NCBI GenBank assembly: GCA_019634975.1
Contig: JAHCAI010000010.1
Location: 277-64,276 of the forward strand
Length of the DNA: 64,000 nt
Direction of reading: 5' to 3'
Source of the DNA: Burkholderiales bacterium
GTDB lineage: Bacteria > Pseudomonadota > Gammaproteobacteria > Burkholderiales > SG8-41
Shown here: one piece after another, positions 42,037-49,370 of the stretch
Layout: every line of letters starts with the position of its first letter
Numbering within the stretch: the stretch's first letter is position 1
Translations under genes and position numbers: made by a program
The notes under the pieces: model-generated
Told to the model about the DNA's origin: nothing
Database searches by the model: none
Seen by the model: the letters and a program-made list of their open reading frames with translations, nothing else

Positions 42037-43281
42037 ATGGATCAGCCCTCCCGCATCGGCCGCTACGACGTCACCGCGGAAATCGGCCGCGGCGCGATGG
42101 GGGTGGTCTATCGCGCCGTCGACCCGATGCTCGAGCGTACGGTGGCGATCAAGACCATCAACATGGCGCTCGATCCGGGCGAGATGGAGCAATACGAGAA
42201 GCGCTTCACCATCGAGGCGCGTGCCGCCGGCGGCCTCAACCATCCCAACATCGTCATCATCCACGACATCGGGCGCAGCGGCGACCTGGCCTACATGGCG
42301 ATGGAGTTCCTCGAGGGCCGCGAACTGCGCGACCTGATCATCGGGCGCGAGCTGACGCCGGACCGCGCGCTGGAAATCGCCGCCCAGGTCGCCGACGGGC
42401 TCGCCTACGCCCACGAGCACGGTGTCGTCCATCGCGACATCAAGCCGGCGAACATCATGATCCTGCGCGACGGCCGGGTGAAAATCACCGACTTCGGCAT
42501 CGCCCGCATGCGCACCGCGGACGTGCGCACCCAGACCGGCGTCGTGCTCGGCTCGCCGCGCTACCTGTCGCCGGAGCAGGTGCTGGGAAAGCGCTCCGAC
42601 GGACGCGCCGACACTTTTTCCCTGGGCGTCATCATCTACGAGATGGTCACCGGGCAGACGCCCTTCAACGGCGTCGACGTCAACTCGCTGATGTTCCAGA
42701 TCGTCAACTTCACGCCGCCTCCGCCCAGTTCGGTCAATCCCGCACTGCCGCCGATGCTCGACCTGATCATTGCCAAGGCGCTGGCCAAATCCGCGGACGA
42801 CCGTTACCCGGACATCGCGGAACTCGCCGCAGACCTGCGCGCCTGCCGCGCGCAGGGCCTGTCCACCGCGATCCCCGCACCGCAGCCCGCGCCGCCCCTG
42901 ATGGCGCCGCAATCGACCGCAGACCTGTTCATGGACACGCTGCCGGCGTCGCGTGCCGGCGATGCCCGTCCGGAACCGGGACCGGGCGCGGACACGCTGC
43001 CGGCCCGCGGCCTCGCCCGGGAGTTCGATTCGATGGCGGCGACGATGCGGCTCGCCGCGAGGACAGGCGCCATCACCGACCCCGACAGCTTCGCCGCGGA
43101 TTTCGGCGTCAGCCGCCACGCCATCGACGCCGCGATCCTCGATGCCGAGGATGAATCAGAACGCAACTGGGGAGCGACTACCGTCATGCACTCGCCGCCC
43201 TGGTCAAAACGCGACCGCCGCATATTCCTGGTTGCCACCGGCCTTGCCCTGGTCCTTGGCACCGTCATCGTCTTCGCCTGA
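42037..43281 (+). CDS. Hanks-type Ser/Thr protein kinase, tail-anchored by a single C-terminal TM helix
   Basis: GRGAMGVVY / VAIK ATP site, HRDIKPANIM catalytic loop, DFG, and SPE in place of APE. The last ~20 aa (IFLVATGLALVLGTVIVFA) are hydrophobic. Confidence 0.88.
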   Translation: MDQPSRIGRYDVTAEIGRGAMGVVYRAVDPMLERTVAIKTINMALDPGEMEQYEKRFTIEARAAGGLNHPNIVIIHDIGRSGDLAYMAMEFLEGRELRDLIIGRELTPDRALEIAAQVADGLAYAHEHGVVHRDIKPANIMILRDGRVKITDFGIARMRTADVRTQTGVVLGSPRYLSPEQVLGKRSDGRADTFSLGVIIYEMVTGQTPFNGVDVNSLMFQIVNFTPPPPSSVNPALPPMLDLIIAKALAKSADDRYPDIAELAADLRACRAQGLSTAIPAPQPAPPLMAPQSTADLFMDTLPASRAGDARPEPGPGADTLPARGLAREFDSMAATMRLAARTGAITDPDSFAADFGVSRHAIDAAILDAEDESERNWGATTVMHSPPWSKRDRRIFLVATGLALVLGTVIVFA

Positions 43282-43290
43282 AGGAGCCTC

Positions 43291-44400
43291 ATGCGCATCA
43301 CCGCCGTGGAAGCCATCGCCGTCGATATCCCGCTGTCGAGGAATTTCGGCGGATCCACCTACAGCGTGCTCAAGCGCTCGACCGTGATCACCCGGCTGCG
43401 CACCGACGAGGGACTGGTGAGCAATGTCTACAACGGCGACAACCGTGCCCACGGCCTCCACATCGCGGCCCTGATAGAAAGAGAATTATTCAATAAAATC
43501 AATGGTTTAAGTATATACGAGCGGGAGCTGGCCTGGGAGCGCATGTTCGCGCTGACGCATACCATCGGTGACCGCAAGCTGCTGCTCGAAGCCATCGCCT
43601 GCGTCGACTGCGCGATCTGGGATCTCAACGGCCGCGCGCTCGGCAAGAGCGTGCGCGAGCTCACGGGCGGCTATCGCAGGGAGCTGCCGATCATTTCCAT
43701 CGGCGGTTATTACATGCCCGGCAAGACCCACGCCGACATCGGCCGTGAAATCGAGTCCTACCGCAACGCCGGCATGGCCGGATGCAAGTTCAAGGTCGGC
43801 GGTCTGTCGCCGGAGGAAGATGCCGAGCGCGTCGCGGTTGCGCGCAAGGCTGCCGGTGACGACTTCATTCTCTGCGTCGATGCCAACCGCGGCTGGTCCG
43901 CCGAGGATGCCATCCGTTTTGCGCGTCTGGTCGAGAAGCACGACATCCGCTGGTTCGAGGAACCCTGCCACTGGTATGACGATGCAGCGCAGATGGCGCG
44001 GGTGCGCCAGGCCATCACGATTCCGGTCACCGCGGGACAGAGCGAGATCACCAGCCATGCCATCCGCCGCCTGATCGACGCGAAGGCGGTCGACCTCGTC
44101 AACTACGATGCCTCCGAGGGCGGCGGCGTCACCGACTGGCTGCGCGCCGCCGGCCTCTGTCGCGCAGCGGGGGTGGCGATGGCGCACCACGAGGAGGCGC
44201 AGATCGCCAGCCACCTGCTCGCCGCCGTGCCCCACGGCACCTATGCCGAGTGTTTCGCCGATCCGGCGCGCGATCCCGTCTGGCAGTTGATGTGGATCAA
44301 CCGGCCGCCGATCCGCGATGGCATCATGCAGGTCGCCGAAGGACCCGGTTTCGGCATCGAACTCGACGAAGACATGATCCGGAAATACCGCAGCAACTGA
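43291..44400 (+). CDS. Enolase-superfamily enzyme (mandelate racemase/muconate lactonizing enzyme family), second copy in window
   Basis: 369 aa with barrel motifs KFKVGG, LCVDANRGW, WFEEP, AGQSE, NYDASEGGG. Starts 10 nt after the kinase gene. Confidence 0.8.
   Translation: MRITAVEAIAVDIPLSRNFGGSTYSVLKRSTVITRLRTDEGLVSNVYNGDNRAHGLHIAALIERELFNKINGLSIYERELAWERMFALTHTIGDRKLLLEAIACVDCAIWDLNGRALGKSVRELTGGYRRELPIISIGGYYMPGKTHADIGREIESYRNAGMAGCKFKVGGLSPEEDAERVAVARKAAGDDFILCVDANRGWSAEDAIRFARLVEKHDIRWFEEPCHWYDDAAQMARVRQAITIPVTAGQSEITSHAIRRLIDAKAVDLVNYDASEGGGVTDWLRAAGLCRAAGVAMAHHEEAQIASHLLAAVPHGTYAECFADPARDPVWQLMWINRPPIRDGIMQVAEGPGFGIELDEDMIRKYRSN
43483..43518 (+). repeat. Intragenic AT-rich patch resembling the repeat family (IHF-consensus core at 43497-43509)
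   Basis: GAATTATTCAATAAAATCAATGGTTTAAGTATATAC lies inside the enolase-family CDS. AATCAATGGTTTA matches WATCAANNNNTTR. The patch encodes ELFNKINGLSIY with rare A/T-ending codons. Confidence 0.35.
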
Positions 44401-44422
44401 TCAGGGCGCGACCGCACTGAAG

Positions 44423-46060
44423 ATGCCCGCACTGCCCCGTTTCCGGCCGCGCCTGCTCGATGTCATCGGCGACTACGACGCCGCTCGCCTGCGCATCGAT
44501 ATCCTCGCCGGCATCACCGTCGGCGTGCTCGCCCTGCCGCTCGCCATCGCCTTCGCGATCGCCTCCGGCATGACGCCGGAGTCCGGCATCTACACCGCGA
44601 TCATCGCCGGCTTCATCATCTCCGCCTTCGGCGGCTCGCGGGTGCAGATCGGCGGCCCCACCGGCGCCTTCATCGTCATCGTCTACGGCATCGTGGTCCA
44701 GTACGGCGTCGCCAACCTGCTGATCTGCACGCTGATGGCGGGCGTGATGCTGCTGGCAATGGGCCTGCTGCGCATGGGCACCTGGATCCGCTTCATCCCG
44801 GTGTCGGTGATCAGCGGTTTCACCAAAGGCATCGCGGTGCTGATCCTGCTGTCCCAGGTCAAGGATTTCTTCGGCCTGCAGACCAGCCAGTTGCCGGCGG
44901 AGTTCTTCGCCCAGGTCACGGTCTTGTGGAACGCGCTGCACACGATCAACTGGATCGCCGTCGGCCTTGCCCTCGCCTGCCTGCTCCTGATCGTGTTCTG
45001 GCCGAAACGCTGGAGCCTGGTGCCGAGCCCCATCGTCGCGCTGGTCTTCGGCACGCTGATTGCCGCACTGCTCAACCTGCCGGTGGAAACCATAGGCTCC
45101 AAGTTCGGCGGCATCCCGCAGACCCTGCCTTCGTTTGCATTCCCGGAGCTGTCGATCGACCAGGTGCGCCACCTGATCTCACCGGCAATCGCCATCGCCC
45201 TGCTCGGCGCGATCGAATCGCTGCTCTCCGCCACCGTCGCCGACAACATGATCGACGACCGCCATGACCCCAACCAGGAACTGGTAGCCCAGGGCCTCGC
45301 CAACATCGCGGCGCCGCTGTTCGGCGGCTTCTGTGCCACCGGCGCCATCGCCCGCACCAGCACCAACGTGCGCATGGGCGCCTTCGGCCCGGTATCCGGC
45401 ATCGTGCACGCGGCGACGCTGCTGGCCGTGATCCTGGTCGCCGCGCCGCTGGCGAAGCACGTGCCGCTCGCCGCGCTGTCGGCGATCCTGGTGGTTGTCG
45501 CCTGGAAAATGGGTGAATGGGGCGACTTCCGCGAGATGCGCCGCTACACGATGAACTACCGCGCGATCCTGCTCGCAACCTTCGTGCTGACCGTGGTCTT
45601 CGACCTGGTCGTGGCCGTGGAGGTCGGGCTGGTGATGGCGGCCCTGCTCTTCATCACCCGCGTCTCCTCGCTGACCGGCGTCACCGAGATTGCGGCCGAT
45701 CGCCTGCCGCCGGCAGTACGTGCCTACGAGATGTTCGGCTCGCTGTTCTTCGGCTCGGCCAACAAGCTGGAACCGCTGCTCGCCCGCGCCGAACCGTCCG
45801 ACCCCTGCCGTGTGCTGGTGCTCGACATGCAGAAGACCATGAACGTCGATACCACCGGACTCGACATCCTCGACACGCTGCAGCGCAAGCTCGCAAAAAA
45901 CGGCAAGACGCTGCTGATATCCGGCGCGGGTGAGCAGCCGATGTCGCTGTTCCGGCGTTCGGGATTTTCGGAGAGGCTCGGCGGGGACAGGCTGCACCCG
46001 CAACTCGCCGCGGCGCTGGTGCAGGCCCGCGAGCTGGCGGCAAGCCCGTTGCAGCGTTAG
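44423..46060 (+). CDS. SulP-family anion transporter with C-terminal STAS domain
   Basis: 545 aa, a SulP N-terminal block (GITVGVLALPLAIAFAIASG) and a STAS-like tail (VLVLDMQKTMNVDTTGLDIL). Confidence 0.88.
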   Translation: MPALPRFRPRLLDVIGDYDAARLRIDILAGITVGVLALPLAIAFAIASGMTPESGIYTAIIAGFIISAFGGSRVQIGGPTGAFIVIVYGIVVQYGVANLLICTLMAGVMLLAMGLLRMGTWIRFIPVSVISGFTKGIAVLILLSQVKDFFGLQTSQLPAEFFAQVTVLWNALHTINWIAVGLALACLLLIVFWPKRWSLVPSPIVALVFGTLIAALLNLPVETIGSKFGGIPQTLPSFAFPELSIDQVRHLISPAIAIALLGAIESLLSATVADNMIDDRHDPNQELVAQGLANIAAPLFGGFCATGAIARTSTNVRMGAFGPVSGIVHAATLLAVILVAAPLAKHVPLAALSAILVVVAWKMGEWGDFREMRRYTMNYRAILLATFVLTVVFDLVVAVEVGLVMAALLFITRVSSLTGVTEIAADRLPPAVRAYEMFGSLFFGSANKLEPLLARAEPSDPCRVLVLDMQKTMNVDTTGLDILDTLQRKLAKNGKTLLISGAGEQPMSLFRRSGFSERLGGDRLHPQLAAALVQARELAASPLQR

Positions 46061-47691
46061 TCCTGCGCGGCAGGGCGGCCGTTGCCTTTGACGAAATCGC
46101 GCGCCGCCTGCAGCGCCTGCAGCCGCGTGGCAGCGAGCTGCCGCGGCCCCAGCAGGCGCAGCACGCCCGCGCGCTCCATGGCCGCGCGCACCAGCTCCCG
46201 CACGCCGCAGAGTATGACCGCATCATTGCCGTCGCGGGCATCGACGATCACCTCCTCCAGGGCCATGGATGCGCTGCTGTCGATGAAGGGCACGTCGGAG
46301 AGGTCGATGACCAGCGCATCTCGGGACTCCGAGGACTGCATCAGCCGCGAGAGGTCGCGGGCCGACGCAAAGCTCAGCGGTCCTTCGACATGGAACAGCA
46401 CGATGCGGCCGCCGGCAGCCTCGAGTATCGAAGCCTCCTCGGGGGCGAGGCCGGCGGTCTCCCCGGATCCGCGAAAAACGCGGGCGCTGTCGGTCTGCAC
46501 CTCGGCAGTCCGGGCAACAAATATCAGCGCGGCCATCACCACGCCCACCGCCACCGCCGTCATCAGGTCGATGAACACGGTGGCTCCCAGCGTGGTGAAC
46601 ATCACCGCCAGGTCGCCGCGCGGCGAGTGGCGCAGGCGCCTCAGGCACTGCCAGTCGATGATGTCGTAGCCGACCTTGAGCAGGATGCCGGCGAGGACCG
46701 CGAAGGGGACATGACTGGCCACGCCGCCGAACCCGAGCACCACCGCGAGCAGCACCAGGGCGTGGATCGCACCGGCAAGCCGGGAGGTCGCGCCGGCACG
46801 GATGTTGACCAGGGTGCGCATGGTCGCGCCGGCACCGGCGATGCCTCCGAGCAGTCCGGCGGCCATGTTGCCGATACCCTGCCCGACCAGCTCACGGTTC
46901 GAATCATGGCGGGTCCGGGTCACGCTGTCCGCGATCAGCGACGTCAGCAGCGAGTCGATCGCGCCGAGAAAGGCCAGTATCAGCGCATAACGCAGGATGA
47001 TGTGCAGGTCCGCGAGCGTCATTTCCGGAACGACGATCTGCGGCAGTCCGGTCGGGATCTCGCCGATCTTCGGCACCCCGGGGAGGAACAGCATCGCGAC
47101 AACGGTGCCGGCGACAATCGCAATCAAGGGCGGCGGCAGCACGGCGGCGACTCGTGCCGGCGTGAAGGCCATGATCGCAAGGCAGAGCCCGCACAGCGCC
47201 AGCGCGGGATAGAGCGGTGCAGCCAGCATCGGCGGCAGCGCGGCCAGTTTCTCCACCACCTCGCCGGGCGGCGGCTGGTGGCCCAGCGCATGGGCAAACT
47301 GCAGGATGATGATGATCACCCCGATGCCGGTCATGAACCCGGACACCACCGGCTGCGGCACCAGCTTGATGTAATGGCCGAAGCGGAGCAGCCCGAACAG
47401 GATCTGGAAGGCCCCGGCGAGCATCACCACCGTGAATGCCATCGCGAGATTGCCGCCGAGTTCGGTGAGGATCAGTGCCATCACCACGGTCATCGGCCCG
47501 GTGGGCCCTGATACCTGATGGCGCGTGCCGCCGAACACCGCGGCGAAAAATCCGGTCAGGATGGCGCCCCAGAGGCCCGCCAGTGCGCCGGCACCGGATG
47601 CGACGCCGAAGGCCAGCGCCAGGGGCAGCGCCACGATGGCGGCGGTGAGGCCGCCAAAAAGGTCGCCCCTGTGCCTGGCGAAAGCGTTCAT
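46057..47691 (-). CDS. SulP-family anion transporter with STAS domain (second, convergent copy)
   Basis: 544 aa, GGLTAAIVALPLALAFGVASG and a STAS tail (ALVIDLSDVPFIDSSASMALEE). Its stop codon overlaps that of the plus-strand SulP gene (TTAG at 46057-46060). Confidence 0.88.
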   Translation of the reverse strand: MNAFARHRGDLFGGLTAAIVALPLALAFGVASGAGALAGLWGAILTGFFAAVFGGTRHQVSGPTGPMTVVMALILTELGGNLAMAFTVVMLAGAFQILFGLLRFGHYIKLVPQPVVSGFMTGIGVIIIILQFAHALGHQPPPGEVVEKLAALPPMLAAPLYPALALCGLCLAIMAFTPARVAAVLPPPLIAIVAGTVVAMLFLPGVPKIGEIPTGLPQIVVPEMTLADLHIILRYALILAFLGAIDSLLTSLIADSVTRTRHDSNRELVGQGIGNMAAGLLGGIAGAGATMRTLVNIRAGATSRLAGAIHALVLLAVVLGFGGVASHVPFAVLAGILLKVGYDIIDWQCLRRLRHSPRGDLAVMFTTLGATVFIDLMTAVAVGVVMAALIFVARTAEVQTDSARVFRGSGETAGLAPEEASILEAAGGRIVLFHVEGPLSFASARDLSRLMQSSESRDALVIDLSDVPFIDSSASMALEEVIVDARDGNDAVILCGVRELVRAAMERAGVLRLLGPRQLAATRLQALQAARDFVKGNGRPAAQD

Positions 47692-47741
47692 CGGATTGCG
47701 AAAAGGGAAATTACGGATTTACAGGTGCAGGCAGATGCGGG

Positions 47742-47774
47742 CAGGGCTGCCGCTGCCGGACAGCGGCAGCCCTG
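47742..47774 (-). terminator. Perfect 14-bp-stem GC-rich palindrome downstream of the DsrE-like gene (terminator or REP-like structure; no U-tract)
   Basis: CAGGGCTGCCGCTG-CCGGA-CAGCGGCAGCCCTG, verified as an exact reverse complement. Confidence 0.4.
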
Positions 47775-47785
47775 AAGAACGTCGC

Positions 47786-48226
47786 TCAGGGACGCAGGTA
47801 GGCGTAACCCTCGCGCTGCTGGAGGCGGGTGATCTCGGCGACACCGGAGGGCACGAAACTCGCCTCGGGAATGAAGCGCGAACGCGTCAGCTTGCGGTTG
47901 CGCAGCGTGATGTCGCAGACGTCGAACTGCACGCCCTTGCTTTTCAGCTGCTCGACCGGAATGTTGTAGGGATTGCCGTTGGCATCCCGCGCGCCATCGA
48001 ACAGGAAGTCGACGCCTCCGGCATGGGTCACGACGACGATCTTCGCCCTGGGATTGACCTCGAGATGGTTGCCGATGTTGCGCAGGGCATTGGCGGCCTG
48101 TGCCTTGGAGTCATTGACGTGGTAAACCACCTTGTCCTCGGCGACATTGGGGTTGCCGCCGGTCGAAGCGCAACCGGCGGCGAACAGGGTGGCTGCCAGC
48201 GCCACTGCAACTGATGATACTTTCAT
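47786..48226 (-). CDS. DsrE/DsrF-like family lipoprotein (COG1416-type)
   Basis: Signal/lipobox LFAAGC followed by the DsrE-like pattern KVVYHVND...NIGNHL...IVVVTHAGGVDFL...GVQFDVCDITL. Confidence 0.7.
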   Translation of the reverse strand: MKVSSVAVALAATLFAAGCASTGGNPNVAEDKVVYHVNDSKAQAANALRNIGNHLEVNPRAKIVVVTHAGGVDFLFDGARDANGNPYNIPVEQLKSKGVQFDVCDITLRNRKLTRSRFIPEASFVPSGVAEITRLQQREGYAYLRP

Positions 48227-48350
48227 AAGCTCCTCCGATCATGGAATCAGTAAAAATTATGGTTATATCGACTGCAGCAAACGGGCATCAGCCTACTCCG
48301 CGCGTTTGGCGATCGCAACAGCCGCATCATCCGCAGGCGGCAACCGGGCA

Positions 48351-48632
48351 ATGACTGACACGGTGACCCGAAAGCTGCAAATCCGCGGCCTGGTGCAAGG
48401 TGTCGGTTACCGCAACTACCTTGCCTACAAGGCCGGCGTGCTGGGGATCCGCGGCTGGGTGCGCAACCGCAGCGATGGCAGTGTCGAAGCCGTGGTCCAG
48501 GGCAGCGCGGAAGGCGTTGCCGAGATCATCGCCTGCGCCGGGCGCGGTCCGCGGGCCGCCCGCGTCGATGCCGTCGATAGTGTTGAGAGCGCCGGCGAGT
48601 TCAGCGGCTTTTCCGTGAGAAATACAGAATAA
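48351..48632 (+). CDS. acyP: Acylphosphatase
   Basis: 93 aa starting at MTDTV, with both acylphosphatase signatures (VQGVGYR, GWVRN). The upstream part of the track ORF overlaps the DsrE-like gene in antisense. Confidence 0.88.
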   Translation: MTDTVTRKLQIRGLVQGVGYRNYLAYKAGVLGIRGWVRNRSDGSVEAVVQGSAEGVAEIIACAGRGPRAARVDAVDSVESAGEFSGFSVRNTE

Positions 48633-48661
48633 CTTTTATAATCAAATACTTATAAATCAGC
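48623..48661 (+). repeat. AT-rich repeat family copy 4 (IHF-consensus core at 48640-48652)
   Basis: TACAGAATAACTTTTATAATCAAATACTTATAAATCAGC. The core is 18/20 identical to copy 1, and AATCAAATACTTA matches WATCAANNNNTTR. The copy spans both stop codons of the convergent acyP and TPR genes. Confidence 0.6.
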
Positions 48662-49370
48662 CACTGCCTGGCCCGCGCGTGCCGCGGTGGATGGCCGCAG
48701 CCCGCGCTAGCAGCTTCTCCGCTTCCGCCCGGCGCCCCTGCGCCTCCAGCACCCGCGCCAGGTTGTTGAGGGTATGCGCGACGCTGGGGCTGTTCGGACC
48801 CAGCGTCTTCTCCTTCATCGCCAGCGAGCGGCGCAGTACCGGCTCGGCCTCCGCATGCCGCCCCTGCGCCTGGATCGCCGCCCCGAGATTGTTCAGGCTC
48901 GCCGCGGTCTTGGGGTCATCGCCATAGGCCTTCTCGAACACCGCCAGCACGCGGCGGTGCAGCTTCTCCGCCTCGGCAAACTTCTTCTGCGCCTGCACCA
49001 CGTCGGCCAGGTTGTTGAGCAGGATCGCAGTCTGCGGGTCACGCGGCCCGAGCGCCTTCTCGCGCATTGCCAGCGCGCGGCGGAACTCGCGCTCCGATTC
49101 CGGATAACGCTGCGCGAAGCGCAGCACCAGGCCCAGGGTTGCGATGCTCTGGTCCACCGCGCGATGCCCGGGGCCGAAGCTGCGCCCGGCCTCCGCAATC
49201 GCTTCGCGCGCGAACAGCTCGGCCTGCTGCAGGCTGCCGCGCTGCAGGTGCAGGTTGGCCTGGTCGACCAGCATTTTCCACTCGACTTCGCCGGCCCGGA
49301 CGGGAACGGCGAGGAGTAGCAGCGCCAGGGTCGCGGCAAGCGCCGCGGAACCGCTAAGCCGAGTTGCCAT
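48657..49370 (-). CDS. Secreted TPR-repeat protein (TPR_10/12-like repeats)
   Basis: Start at MATRLSGSAALAATLALLLLAVPVRA (ATG at 49370), followed by about five repeats of the LNNLAxVxxAQGRxAEAExLxxRxLAIxEKxxG type. It begins 13 nt after the dnaE stop. Confidence 0.8.
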   Translation of the reverse strand: MATRLSGSAALAATLALLLLAVPVRAGEVEWKMLVDQANLHLQRGSLQQAELFAREAIAEAGRSFGPGHRAVDQSIATLGLVLRFAQRYPESEREFRRALAMREKALGPRDPQTAILLNNLADVVQAQKKFAEAEKLHRRVLAVFEKAYGDDPKTAASLNNLGAAIQAQGRHAEAEPVLRRSLAMKEKTLGPNSPSVAHTLNNLARVLEAQGRRAEAEKLLARAAAIHRGTRGPGSG

